Positions 10,332 to 20,871 of a stretch of 64,000 nucleotides of DNA are shown piece by piece. Both the position numbers and the translations under genes were made by a program. Source of the stretch: an uncultured delta proteobacterium (GTDB lineage Bacteria > Myxococcota_A > Polyangia > Haliangiales > Haliangiaceae); the NCBI GenBank assembly GCA_963848295.1, contig CAWKDB010000002.1, positions 1,056,001 to 1,120,000 on the forward strand. The letters run 5' to 3'. The notes under the pieces are model-generated. The model was not told the DNA's origin, ran no database searches, and worked only from the letters and a program-made list of their open reading frames with translations. How positions within the stretch are numbered: position 1 is the first letter of the stretch; each line of letters begins with the position of its first letter.

Positions 10332-11815
10332 TGGCGTCGCCTGGCGACAAGCCGCAAGAACGTGCGGCGCGTAGCCCCGCCGCTGGCGGGGCAGAGGTAA
10401 GCGACAAGCCGATGCCGCCGAGCCTAGCGAAGCATGCCGGCTCCTGGCCGGCCGCCGTGCAACACACGGCGTGCCCGACCGATGACACGCTGATCGCGCT
10501 CGTCGAGCACGCGTTACCCGCCGAGGCGATGACCTCGCTCGCGGATCACGTCGACCACTGCGAGCGCTGTCGCGCGACGATCGGCACGCTCGCGGCGGTC
10601 GACGGTGGGGCCAAGCCGCGCAAGGTCGGCCGCTACGAGCTGGAAGATCAGCTCGGCGTCGGCGGCATGGGAGTGGTCTACGCCGCATTCGATCCGATGC
10701 TGCAGCGCCGCGTCGCGATCAAGCTGATGCATCCGGAGGTCGGCGAGAACGGCCCGGCGCGCATGTTGCGCGAGGCGCGAGCGCTGGCCCAGCTCCAACA
10801 CCCGAACGTCGTGGCGGTCCACGACGTCGGCGAGCACGAGGGCGACGTGTTTCTCGCGACCGAGCTCGTCGATGGCGAACCGCTCGACCGCTGGCAACGC
10901 GGCCGCGAAGCGCTCGAGATCGTCGGCGCCTACGCGCAAGCCGCGCGCGGGCTCGCGGCCGCGCACGCGATGGGCCTGGTCCATCGCGACGTCAAGCCGA
11001 GCAACGTGCTCGTCGCGCGCGACGGCCGGGTGCGAGTCGGCGACTTCGGGCTCGCTCGCCGCGGTGCGGTCGCCGGCGATCGCCTCGCCGAGGCCGCGGA
11101 CCTCGATCCGAGGCTGACGCGCGAAGGCGATGTCGTCGGCACGCCGGCGTACATGGCACCCGAACAACGCGCGGGCTTGCAAGTCGATGGTCGCGCGGAT
11201 CAGTTCGCGCTGTGCGTCGCGCTCGCCGAGGCGTTGACCGGAAAGCGCCCCGCAGCCGGCAGTCGGCCCGCCCTCGCCGCGCGCGGGACTCGCAAGGTCG
11301 CGACCGTGCTCGCCCGTGGCCTGCGGATCGAACCGGCTTCGCGGTTTCCAGATATGGCCGCGCTCGCGGCTGCGCTCGAGGCGCCGGCCGCGAAACGCCG
11401 GCGCGCCTGGCCGATCGTGGTCGCCGGCGTGATCGCCGCTGCGGCAGGAGCGCTTGCCGTCGTGTTCATGTTCGGCGCGTCGCCGATCGTGGTGCCATCG
11501 CCTACGAAGGCGATCAATCCCGATCCGATCGTTCAGCCATCCGCGTTGCGGCCGACCGGAATGCCGGAGTGCGATGCTCATCTCGCGACCCTCGCGAAGC
11601 TCGCGACCTGCCCCACCGCTCCGACGCCGACGCGCGACGCGATGCGCGAGGCGATCGATAACCTCCAGCACAACTTAGCCGTCACGCCGCCGGCGGCGCG
11701 CGCGGCGATCATTCAGCGCGGCGACTTCGCGAGAGCCTGCGTCGCGATGGCGAAGAACACCGTCAAGGTCGGCGAGTTTCTCGGCTGCGATATGACGATC
11801 GAAGCGCCGCGCTAG
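10328..11815 (+). CDS. Ser/Thr protein kinase with an N-terminal HxxxCxxC zinc-finger and a C-terminal TM plus extracytoplasmic domain
   Basis: HVDHCERC; kinase motifs LGVGGMGVVY, VAIK, HRDVKPSN, DFGLA and GTPAYMAPE; TM WPIVVAGVIAAAAGALAVVFMF. It overlaps the sigma-factor stop. Confidence 0.92.
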   Translation: MMASPGDKPQERAARSPAAGGAEVSDKPMPPSLAKHAGSWPAAVQHTACPTDDTLIALVEHALPAEAMTSLADHVDHCERCRATIGTLAAVDGGAKPRKVGRYELEDQLGVGGMGVVYAAFDPMLQRRVAIKLMHPEVGENGPARMLREARALAQLQHPNVVAVHDVGEHEGDVFLATELVDGEPLDRWQRGREALEIVGAYAQAARGLAAAHAMGLVHRDVKPSNVLVARDGRVRVGDFGLARRGAVAGDRLAEAADLDPRLTREGDVVGTPAYMAPEQRAGLQVDGRADQFALCVALAEALTGKRPAAGSRPALAARGTRKVATVLARGLRIEPASRFPDMAALAAALEAPAAKRRRAWPIVVAGVIAAAAGALAVVFMFGASPIVVPSPTKAINPDPIVQPSALRPTGMPECDAHLATLAKLATCPTAPTPTRDAMREAIDNLQHNLAVTPPAARAAIIQRGDFARACVAMAKNTVKVGEFLGCDMTIEAPR

Positions 11816-11949
11816 GCCCGCGCGCGCGGTCGATAGCGCCGGAGGAGATCCTCGGCGAGCTCCTCGAGTGCTCCGTCGAGCGCGGCTTGCCGTCGCCGGT
11901 CGCCTGCCGCGGCGAGTGCGCCGATCCAGAACGTTTGCTCGAGCGTCAT
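11812..11949 (-). CDS. Possible small protein (45 aa)
   Basis: My translation: MTLEQTFWIGALAAAGDRRRQAALDGALEELAEDLLRRYRPRARA*. AGGAG lies just upstream and the ORF fills an otherwise empty gap. It is below the ORF-track cutoff. Confidence 0.35.
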   Translation of the reverse strand: MTLEQTFWIGALAAAGDRRRQAALDGALEELAEDLLRRYRPRARA

Positions 11950-12090
11950 GACTCCTGGATCGGCCGAACGCTGTAGCGATCTAGCCCGCTCCGGAATCGC
12001 GCTGACGTAGGCGCGTGTACGACTCGCGCTCGGGATCGCTTAACGCGCCAGGTGCGGCGAACCGTGGCGACTTGATGGCATGATGATCGT

Positions 12091-13074
12091 GTGGGGCCCT
12101 GCGTTCGACTCTCGATCGCGCTAGCCGTGGCCGCGACGCTCGCGCGGCCCGCGCGCGCGGATGACACGCCGTGGGCGACCGGGGTCAGCGCCGAACAAAA
12201 GGCGACCGCGCACACGCTGCTCGAGGCCGGTAACACGTTGTTCCTGCAGCGCGACTACGCCGCGGCGCTCGAGAAGTATCGCGCCGCGGTCGGCGCCTGG
12301 GATCATCCAGCGATTCGCTTCAACATCGTCCGATGCTTGATCCAGCTCGATCGCACGGTCGAGGCCGCCGATAACCTCAAGCTCGCGCTGCGCTACGGCG
12401 CCGCGCCTCTCGAGGACAAGGTCTACACCGAGGCGCTCGCGTACGAGAAGTTGCTCGCGCTCCAGGTCAGTGACGTCGATGTCAGCTGCGATCAGGCGGG
12501 CGTCGCGGTCACGCTCGACGGCCAACCGCTGGTGTCATGCCCCGGCAAGCAGAGCCGGCGCGTCACGCCCGGGCCGCACCAGCTCGTCGCGACGAAAGAA
12601 GGCTATCTCACCAAGACCAGCAACGTGGTCGCGATCGGCGGCCAGCACGAAGCCGTGGCCATCGCGCTCAAGTCGATCGATAGCGCGGCGATCGTGCATC
12701 GCTGGCCGACGTGGAAGCCGTGGATCGTGTTCGGCGCCGGCATCGCGGTCGTCGGCATCGGCGGGTTGTTCGAGTACCAAGCGGCGCAAGACATGTCGTC
12801 GTACGACAAGGGCCTCGCGCTCGCGTGCGCCGATACCGGGTGCAGCGCGAGCCGGCCGATCCCCACGAACCTCGCGGATCAGAAGACGCGCGCGACGCAC
12901 GAGAACGACGTCGCGCTCGGGGTGACGTCGGTCGGCGTTGCTGCCGCGGCGGCCGGCGGCGTGCTGCTCTATATGAACCGCGGCCACGCCGCGTATGCCG
13001 AGAAGGTGCTCGACCGAGTCGACGTCTCGACCGTTCGCGGCGGCGCGACCGTCGGGTTGCGCGGTCACTTCTAG
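12091..13074 (+). CDS. Secreted TPR + PEGA-like domain protein
   Basis: Signal peptide, TPR-like helices (AGNTLFLQRDYAAALEKYRAA...IRFNIVRC), PEGA-like VAVTLDG...PGPHQLVATKEGY, and C-terminal hydrophobic segments ending GATVGLRGHF. Confidence 0.75.
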   Translation: MGPCVRLSIALAVAATLARPARADDTPWATGVSAEQKATAHTLLEAGNTLFLQRDYAAALEKYRAAVGAWDHPAIRFNIVRCLIQLDRTVEAADNLKLALRYGAAPLEDKVYTEALAYEKLLALQVSDVDVSCDQAGVAVTLDGQPLVSCPGKQSRRVTPGPHQLVATKEGYLTKTSNVVAIGGQHEAVAIALKSIDSAAIVHRWPTWKPWIVFGAGIAVVGIGGLFEYQAAQDMSSYDKGLALACADTGCSASRPIPTNLADQKTRATHENDVALGVTSVGVAAAAAGGVLLYMNRGHAAYAEKVLDRVDVSTVRGGATVGLRGHF

Positions 13075-13097
13075 CTCGCTGGCGCCGCGGTGACGGG

Positions 13098-13201
13098 GGC
13101 GCAAGTTGACAATAGTGACAGCGTCCCCAAATTCTCCGAACGAATCCAGCTAGGTGGGGCCCACGCGATCCGCCCAAGTTGACAAAAGCGACAGCGTCCC
13201 C
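13098..13201 (-). repeat. Second pair of the same 30-bp repeat, opposite orientation (period 73 bp)
   Basis: GGCGCAAGTTGACAATAGTGACAGCGTCCCC (13098-13128) and CGCCCAAGTTGACAAAAGCGACAGCGTCCCC (13171-13201) are near reverse complements of the 8684/8759 units, again between convergent genes. Confidence 0.9.
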
Positions 13202-13203
13202 AA

Positions 13204-15469
13204 TTACGGGCAGTCGTCGATCTTGCCGTTGCAGTCGTTGTCGACGCCATCGCTGCAGTCGGTCTCGGTGGGCTCGCACACCCACGGCGTGGTGCGCACG
13301 AGGCCACGGAGCTGGATGGTGTGAGCGACGGCCGCGAACGCGATGCCGAGCATGCTCGGCACGACCGAGATGCCGGCGACCGAGGCGTTGGTCGGCAACG
13401 CGCCGTCGGACGGCAAGTGAATCGGCGCCCAGCGCGAGCCATCGAATTGCGCCAGCTCGGTCGGGCTCGCAGCGATCACGTCGTGACCGGAGGATGCGGC
13501 GAGCGCGTTGACGGTGCTGACGAACGGCAGCTGGCTGGTCGTCCAGTTCGCGCCGTCCCACGCGTAGCCGAACGAGGCATCGACCGCCACGACGTCGGTC
13601 GGCGAGATCGCGACCACCGCGATCAGCGCGGTCGACGGACAGGTCGCGTCGACGTCCCAGCTCGCACCGGCCCAATGGACGAGGGTGCCGTGGCTGACCG
13701 CCCAGATATCGTCGGTCCCGGTCCCCGAAACCGACGACACGTTCGTGACCGCCGCATAGGATTGCAAGCTCGCACCGTCGAACCGCTGCGCGCCGCTGCC
13801 GGTGAACAGCCACAGGTCGGTCGGGCCGGTGCCCCACAGCGCGCCGAGCGTGTTGCCCGCGGTGGTCAACAGCGACCAGGTCCCGCTGACGCGATCGAAG
13901 GCGTAGACGTCGCCGGCTTGACCGCCCGCCCACACATCGGTGCCGACGCCGAATAACGCACGGAGGTTCGCGCCGACCACCGTCCCGCTACCTGTCCAGC
14001 TCGTGCCGTCGAAGTGCTCGATGTGTCCGGCCGAGTCGGCGACGAATTGATCGTCGGACGCGCTCATCCAATACGCGACCGGCAGGAGCACGACGCCGGT
14101 ATCGAGCGCGGCATACGCTTGGCCGTGATAGCGGTAGAGCGCGCCGTCCGCGGACACGCCGACCGCGTCGTCGGGCGCGAGCTCGAGGAGCAGGCCCGGC
14201 GGCGCGACGCCGTTCGGGCCGACCTCGGTCATCGTGCTCCAGCCGTGGCCGTCGAAGTGTTGCAGGGCGCCGCCCGAGCCGGTGACCCACGCATCGTTCG
14301 GCGCCGATGCGGTGACCGCCGTGTACAGCCCGGTCTCCGGATCGGTCCATTGGGTCCACGTCGCGCCATTCCAGCTCGCGATGAGGCTCGAGAAGCTCGG
14401 TCCGATCGAGCCGGCGACCCAGACGTCGGTGGTGGTCACCGCGGAGATGCTCGAGATCTCGGCGGACAACACGCTCTGCCACGCCGAGCCATTCCAATGC
14501 CACAACGTCGTCGCGTCCGACGCCCAGAGAATCCGACGCGCTCGTGCCGCGTAGCGTGGTGATCGCGCCACCGGTCCAGGTGCCGAGTCCGGTCCAAGTC
14601 GAGCCGTTCCACGCTTGCACGCCGGCGGTGCGCGTTCCGATATACACCGCGGTCGAGCTCGCCGCCCACACCGCACTGTACGACGCCGCCGGTAACCCCG
14701 AGGCCGCGGTCCACGCCGTGCCGTCCCAGTGGAGGGCGGCCTCCGGGGTCACCGCCCAGACGTCGTCGGCCGCGGCTTCCCACGCGTCGCTGAAGCCGTC
14801 CGGTGTGATCTGTTGCCCCGACCAGTTCACACCGTCGTAGTGGCGCGCGTCGCCGAGGTTGTCGAACACCCAGAGATCCGTCGCGCCGCCACCGGCGAGC
14901 GCATAGCCGCTGGTCAGGCCCGTCGCCTCCGGTCGCCAGCCGAACCGGCCGCAGTCGGCGAACGAAGCGCCGCACGAGCCGCTGCAGCCGAGTGGTCCGG
15001 CGTCGAAGCCGTTGTCGATGCACGTCCCCGCCGGCGGCGCGCCATCGCACAGCTCGGGGCCGTCGATCATGCCGTCGCCGCAGCGCCCGACGCAGTGGCT
15101 CGTATCGAACGTGCAGAACGGCGTGCACGCGAGGCCATCGGGGGCGTAGAACCCGGCGGTCGTGCAATCGGCGCCGCCGAGGTCGTTGCCGTCACAGGCC
15201 TCGGTGCCGGTGCGTACGCCATCGCCGCACAACAACGGCTCGCACGCGCCGGCGTGGCACGACCCGGGGACGCCGGAGAATTCGCACGCATCGCCTTCGC
15301 CGAGCCCGGTGCACGCCGCGGTTTGATCCGGCGACACGCACGAGTGGTTGACGTTGTCGCAGGTGTTGCCGGGTGGACAGATCCGACCGTCGTCGCAGGT
15401 CACCTCGGCGGAGCGAACGCAGGCGGTCGCCGCGACGAATGCCAACAGCGTGATCAGCTTCGAGGGCAC
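13204..15469 (-). CDS. Large lipoprotein with Cys-rich myxobacterial repeats and W-D-G-x-x-W beta-propeller-like repeats, frameshift near 14530
   Basis: Lipobox LLAFVAATA-C; CGDGVRTGTEACDG and CGDGMIDGPELCDG repeats; many D(V/L)W(A/V)...H(W/F)DGxxW units; terminal CSDGVDNDCNGKID motif. Joined from ORFs 13988..16201 and 13204..14676. Confidence 0.75.
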
Positions 15470-15471
15470 GC

Positions 15472-18273
15472 TCACTCCTTTAGCTGGGTCGCGAGCTTCG
15501 CGCGCTCGTCCTCGAGTTGCTTGACCCGCGCGTGCTCGCGCGCGAGCGCCTGTTGCAGCTGGAGCCTGGCCTTCTCGGCATCGGCGGCGGATTGCTCGGC
15601 GCGCGCCTTCGCGGCATCGGCTTCGTGGGCCGTCCGCACGAGCTTGGCATTCTTCGCTTGCAGCTCCTCGCGACTCTCCGCGATCTGCGCATTCGCGGCG
15701 ACGTCTTTCTGCGCCGAGTCTTTCTCGACCGCGGCGGTCTTGGCTTCGGCCGCGAGTCGTTCGCGCTCCTTGTCTTCCGCCGCCGCGAGCGCGCTCTGCG
15801 CGGTCCGCGCCAGGTCTTTCTCGCGGGCTGCACTCGCGATCGCCTGGTCCTTCGCGATTGTCGCTTCGTCGCGCGCGGCCGTCGCTTCGTCCTTCGCCGA
15901 CTTGATCGAGGCCCGCGACGCGATCGCACCGGCGGCGATCGCGGCGAGCACCACGAAGCCGCCGACGACCGCGCCGAGCCGCGCGCGCCGACCGCGGCGA
16001 GCGATCGCGAAAGCGCCGTCGAGAAACGCGCGCTCGCGCTCCGCCAGGTCGCGCGGCCGATGGTCGAGCCAGCGCCGCGCCTCGTCGAGTGCGCCACCGC
16101 GCCACAACAGGCCCGCCGGCCGGCGTTTCGCATCCCATTGCCGCGCCGCCGCCGCGAGCTGGGAGTGGAACGCGGCATCTTCTTGATCCTCGTCGAGCCA
16201 CCGCCGCAACGCCGGCCAGCGTTCGATCAGCGACTCGTGGACGATCTCGACCGACCCGCCGCTATCGGCGCGGGTCTGGACGACGAGCAGGCGCGCCGCG
16301 ACGAGCTGATCGATCACGTGCGAGAGCTCGCCGCCGTCGCGCGCGAGCTCTCGGAGATCGGCGAGCTCGACGATCGCGCGGGTCCGCTCGGGCGTGACGA
16401 GCGCGCGAAAGATCCGATGCGTCAGCTTCTGCGCCGCGGGATTCATGCTCGCGACGACGTCGTCGGCGTGGGTCGCGAGCGCGCCGCTGACACCGCCGAT
16501 CGCCGCGTAGCTCGCGGACGTCAGGCAGCGGCGACCGCGATCGCGCGCGTCCCACAGCTGGCTCGCCGCGAACTGCAGCAACGGCAGCGCGCCCGGCGTG
16601 CCGCCGAGGGCGTCGAGCATGTCGTTCACCATCGCCTCGGTTTCGAACCGATAGCCGATCGCGTCGATCGGTTGCACGATCGCTTCGCGCAACCCGGCGC
16701 GATCCGGCGTCGACAAGAACACCAACCCGCGGGACAGCTCGTCGGCAAACTGCGGGTCTTCACTGACGCGATCGAGAAAGTCCGAGCGCATCGACACGAC
16801 CACGCGCAACGGCGTCGCGGCATCGTCGGCGATCCCGGTCAACGCCGCGGTGAACGCGCGCCGGACCGCACCGTCGCCGACTAACGTGTACAGCTCCTCG
16901 AGCTGATCGACGAACACGAGGATGTTGGTCTCGGCGATGTTCGCGCGCGCCCGCAGCCGCTCGCCGAGCAGGCCGGGCTCGGTGAGCAAGCGGCCGGCGA
17001 GATCTTCGGGTTCGCCGCGGGTGGTGCCGTGCAGCGCGTTCGCGAGCGCGACGAGCGGGTTCCGGCCCGGCCGCAACGTGATCACGTCCCAGCGATCGCC
17101 GGACGCTTTGAGCGCGGGCCCCAACCCCGCGCGCACGAACGAGGACTTGCCGGCGCCGGACGGCCCGACGATGCCGGTCAGCGGCTGCTCGCGGACCCGC
17201 GCCACCATGCGCGCGATCTCGCGGCTGCGGCCGTAGAACCGATCGGCGTCACTTTCGAGGAACGACGTCAGCCCGGGATACGGACTCTCGCCGTCGCCGA
17301 GCAACCGGCCGGCACGGCCCGGCACGAGCAGCTCGAGTGCGCGGACCAGCTCGACGCTGGTCAGGCGCTCCGCCTTGCGCTTGCGCAAGCAGCGGTCGAT
17401 GACCTGCGCCAAGCCATCGGGGACATCGGGGGCTGCCTCCCGCACCGATCGCATCTCGGCTTCGGCCGCGCCGTTTGTCAGCAGCGCGCCGGGCGACGGG
17501 GATTCGACCGGGTGCACACCGGCGACCATCTCGAACATCATGATGCCCGCGGCCCACACGTCGGACCGATCGTCGACCTGGTCGAACCCCATCTGCTCGG
17601 GCGACATGTACGCGAGCGTGCCGACCATCGTTTGCTCGTTGAGCGTGTCGCGGTTGATCGTCGCCTTGTCGCTGAGCGCCTTCGCGATGCCGAAGTCGAG
17701 CACCTTGACGTGACCCGCGTTCGTGACGATCACGTTCTCGGGCTTGAGATCGCGGTGGACGATGCCGAGCTCGTGCGCGCGCGACAGCGCCCGCGCGACC
17801 GGCAACATCAGCTCGATCACGCGCGTCGCGGGTAACCGAGGCACGGACCACATCACCTCGCGCAGCGTCTGGCCCTCGAGAAACTCGAGCACCATGTACG
17901 GAATGCCGCGGTGATCGTCGACCGCGTGGATGATCACGATGTTGTCGTGGGTGCACTGCGCGGTCGCCTGCGCTTCGATCAAGAATCGCTCGGCGAGCGC
18001 GGGCGCCGCCTCGGTGACGAGCTTGATCGCGACCCTGCGACCGAGCTTGACGTCGCGCGCGGCCCACACCACGCCCATCCCACCGCGGCCGAGCTCGCGG
18101 ATCAGCTCGTATTGGTGGATCCGCATCCCCGGCGCGAGCGCGATTTCAGCTTCGCGCGGCGTCGACGGCACGGTCGCGGTACCCGCGAGCGGCGGCGTGC
18201 GAACGGGTGCGGGCGTTCCGAACACGGTGCGCGCCGCGACGCGATCGTTCTCACCACCCACGGCGGTAATCAT
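15472..18273 (-). CDS. Ser/Thr kinase fused to a STAND-class (nSTAND1-like) NTPase, TM helix and coiled coil
   Basis: Kinase motifs HRDLKPEN, DFGIA and GTLAYMSPE; STAND motifs SPYPGLTSF...FYGRSRE, GPSGAGKSS, VDQLEELYT, PGALPLLQFA and VHESLIERW; then a TM and an Ala/Glu/Lys coiled coil. Confidence 0.9.
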   Translation of the reverse strand: MITAVGGENDRVAARTVFGTPAPVRTPPLAGTATVPSTPREAEIALAPGMRIHQYELIRELGRGGMGVVWAARDVKLGRRVAIKLVTEAAPALAERFLIEAQATAQCTHDNIVIIHAVDDHRGIPYMVLEFLEGQTLREVMWSVPRLPATRVIELMLPVARALSRAHELGIVHRDLKPENVIVTNAGHVKVLDFGIAKALSDKATINRDTLNEQTMVGTLAYMSPEQMGFDQVDDRSDVWAAGIMMFEMVAGVHPVESPSPGALLTNGAAEAEMRSVREAAPDVPDGLAQVIDRCLRKRKAERLTSVELVRALELLVPGRAGRLLGDGESPYPGLTSFLESDADRFYGRSREIARMVARVREQPLTGIVGPSGAGKSSFVRAGLGPALKASGDRWDVITLRPGRNPLVALANALHGTTRGEPEDLAGRLLTEPGLLGERLRARANIAETNILVFVDQLEELYTLVGDGAVRRAFTAALTGIADDAATPLRVVVSMRSDFLDRVSEDPQFADELSRGLVFLSTPDRAGLREAIVQPIDAIGYRFETEAMVNDMLDALGGTPGALPLLQFAASQLWDARDRGRRCLTSASYAAIGGVSGALATHADDVVASMNPAAQKLTHRIFRALVTPERTRAIVELADLRELARDGGELSHVIDQLVAARLLVVQTRADSGGSVEIVHESLIERWPALRRWLDEDQEDAAFHSQLAAAARQWDAKRRPAGLLWRGGALDEARRWLDHRPRDLAERERAFLDGAFAIARRGRRARLGAVVGGFVVLAAIAAGAIASRASIKSAKDEATAARDEATIAKDQAIASAAREKDLARTAQSALAAAEDKERERLAAEAKTAAVEKDSAQKDVAANAQIAESREELQAKNAKLVRTAHEADAAKARAEQSAADAEKARLQLQQALAREHARVKQLEDERAKLATQLKE

Positions 18274-18338
18274 AACATGTGGTTGCGGAGTGCAACGCGC
18301 GCCGGGTTGGCCGCGCAACCTGCCTCGGGGCGCTCGGG

Positions 18339-19049
18339 TTACGGCGTCGACAGCGCCATCACTTCTCGCACCTGCGAAGCGGTCACATCGCCGTTGCCGA
18401 ACGCGTCGTCGAGCATGCCCTGGCGGCTGCGCACGAGCTGGATCTGGATCGTGCAGCTCTGGGTGGTGCTCCCACTGAGCGCCTGGATCGTCCCGGCCGG
18501 AATCGTGAAGGAGCCGTTGTCGGGTGAGATCGGGCCGCTCTCGGTCGCGATGCAGGTGCCGAGCACTTCGTAGCTCAGCGGATCGGTCTCGCCGGATCCG
18601 GTCCACGTGATCGCGATCGGCGAAGACGCGCGCGAGTAGCTATCGGTCCCGCTAGTCTGCGATGTGATCTCCAGCTCCTCGGGCAACGTCGCGACGGTGT
18701 CCGGCGCGCTGATCTGGGGCGCGGCGCGCGTGTACGCGATCGTGACGACCGTGCCGCCGGTGGTCACCGCGAGCGTCCCTTGGTAGGCCGCGGCGTCGAG
18801 GAACGTCCCCGGCGTCATGTCATCCGAGAGCGCGCCGGCGGATGCGGTCAGCGCGTCCCCCGGCGATAGCTCGACGAAGTCATTCGATAGCACGCCGCCG
18901 ACGCGGAGCACGGTCGTCACCGTCGTGGCGCCAGAGCCATCGGCGTTGATCGTGTTGCTCGAGTACATGCCTTCGGTCGCGATGTCCTTGGACTGCGACG
19001 TCGTGCAGGCGGTCGCGATCGCGAGCGCGAATAAGGAAAGCTTGGTCAT
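18339..19049 (-). CDS. Hypothetical lipoprotein
   Basis: Lipobox MTKLSLFALAIATA-C and a Thr/Ser-rich beta-type composition. Confidence 0.75.
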   Translation of the reverse strand: MTKLSLFALAIATACTTSQSKDIATEGMYSSNTINADGSGATTVTTVLRVGGVLSNDFVELSPGDALTASAGALSDDMTPGTFLDAAAYQGTLAVTTGGTVVTIAYTRAAPQISAPDTVATLPEELEITSQTSGTDSYSRASSPIAITWTGSGETDPLSYEVLGTCIATESGPISPDNGSFTIPAGTIQALSGSTTQSCTIQIQLVRSRQGMLDDAFGNGDVTASQVREVMALSTP

Positions 19050-19159
19050 CGCATCGATCGTACTGTCGTTCGGGGCGCGACGGTGTGATCAACGTTGTGA
19101 GACACCGGTGAGAGTCGTGCCGGCTGGCGTGGCGGCTAGCGCAACAGTCGGCACGAGCT

Positions 19160-20869
19160 TCAATGAGCGCGCGCGGCCGGCGCCTTGCGCGCAGCTTCGG
19201 CGAGCAGCTCCGCCGCGTGGGCTCTCGCCTTCGACGTCGCGTTGCCACCTAGCATGCGCGCGAGCTCGTCTTTACGCGCCGCGCCCGTGAGCTGCCGCAC
19301 GTGGGTCTCGGTCCGGCCGCCGAGCTCGGTCTTCGACACGTGGAAGTGATGATCGGCGTACGCCGCGATCTGCGGTAGGTGGGTGACGCACAGCACTTGC
19401 CGGTGATCCGCGACCGCGCGGATCTGCGCGCCGACCACCTGCGCGGTCTGGCCGCCGATCCCCGCGTCGACCTCGTCGAACACGTAGGTCGCGACTTCAT
19501 CCGCGCTGCGCAGCGCGAGCTTGAGCGCGAGCATGATCCGTGACAGCTCGCCGCCCGACGCGATCTTCGCGAGCGGCCGAGCGTGCTCGCCTTTGTTCGA
19601 CGCGAGCATCACCTCGAGTCGATCGGCGCCGGCCGGACCGAGAGGCCGCGCCTCGATCGCGACCGCGAGCCGCGCCGCGCCCATCCCGAGCTCGGCGAGC
19701 GCGGCACCGACGTCCTTTTCGAGCGTGCGCGCGGCCTTGGTGCGGCCCTTCGTCAGGGTCGCAGCCGATGCGATCGCCGCCGCTTCGGCGCACACGCGTT
19801 CGGCGACGAGCGTCGCGAGCGCCGCGTCGCGGCCGGTGAGCATGCCGAGCTCGGCGCGCAGCTCGGCTGCCTTCGCGATCACCGCGTCGAGCGTGCCGCT
19901 GTGCTTGCGGACGAGCCGGCGCACCAACGCGATCCGTTCGTCGAGCCAGGCCAGCCGCTCCGGATCGCCTTCGAGCCGGTCGGCATAGCTGCCGAGCTCG
20001 CGCGCGGCATCCGCGATCAGCGTCTCGATCTCGCCGAGCTGGCGCACCACCGGCTCGAGCGTCGGATCCGTGCGCGCCGCGCGTTCCAGCTCGCGCGCAG
20101 CCGCGGCCACTCGATCACGAGCCGCATCGCGGTCGTCGCCTCCGTACAGAAACTGCTCGGCGGTGCGCGCGGCGCCTTGCAGCTGATCGACCGCCGCGAG
20201 TCGCGCGCGTTCGAGCTCGAGCGCCGAGTCTTCACCGGGTTGCAGCGCAGCCGCATCGAGCTCGTCGAGCTGAAATCGCAGGTAATCGACGCGCGCTTCG
20301 CGCTCGCGTTCATCGCCGCCGAGCGCACGCACCGCAGCGTCACAGCGACGCAGCTCGTCCCACGACGCGGTCATCGCCGCCACCGCGTCGCGGTCGCCCG
20401 CGAACGAGTCGAGGATCTCGAGGTGGCGAGCCGGATCGACGAGCCCTTGGTGTTGGTGCTGCCCCGAAAGATCGATGAGCAGCCCGCCGAGCTCGGCGAG
20501 CCGCGCCGCGGTGGTCAGCCCGCCGTTGACGTAGCAGCGACTGCGCCCACCGCGCTGGATGATCCGCCGGATGAACACGGTGAGGTCTCCTCCGGTCGTC
20601 GGCTCGCCCAACCCGGCATCGTCGAGCACCGAGCGCACCCGCGCGCGCAGGTCCGCCGGCACCTCGACGATCGCCTCGACGACCGCCTCGTCGGCTCCCG
20701 CGCGCGGGATATCGGCCGATGCTCGCCCGCCACGCAACAGATTCACCGCTTCCACGATCAGCGACTTGCCCGCGCCGGTCTCGCCGGTGAGCACGTTCAT
20801 ACCCGGGCCGAGCTCGAGCTCGACATCGGACAGGATCGCGAAGTTCGTCGCTCGCAGGTGGCGCAGCAC
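19160..20869 (-). CDS. recN: DNA repair protein RecN
   Basis: Motifs [35 protein letters not shown] and VTHLPQIAA. It lies directly downstream of NAD kinase. Confidence 0.96.
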   Translation of the reverse strand: MLRHLRATNFAILSDVELELGPGMNVLTGETGAGKSLIVEAVNLLRGGRASADIPRAGADEAVVEAIVEVPADLRARVRSVLDDAGLGEPTTGGDLTVFIRRIIQRGGRSRCYVNGGLTTAARLAELGGLLIDLSGQHQHQGLVDPARHLEILDSFAGDRDAVAAMTASWDELRRCDAAVRALGGDEREREARVDYLRFQLDELDAAALQPGEDSALELERARLAAVDQLQGAARTAEQFLYGGDDRDAARDRVAAAARELERAARTDPTLEPVVRQLGEIETLIADAARELGSYADRLEGDPERLAWLDERIALVRRLVRKHSGTLDAVIAKAAELRAELGMLTGRDAALATLVAERVCAEAAAIASAATLTKGRTKAARTLEKDVGAALAELGMGAARLAVAIEARPLGPAGADRLEVMLASNKGEHARPLAKIASGGELSRIMLALKLALRSADEVATYVFDEVDAGIGGQTAQVVGAQIRAVADHRQVLCVTHLPQIAAYADHHFHVSKTELGGRTETHVRQLTGAARKDELARMLGGNATSKARAHAAELLAEAARKAPAARAH

Positions 20870-20871
20870 GA

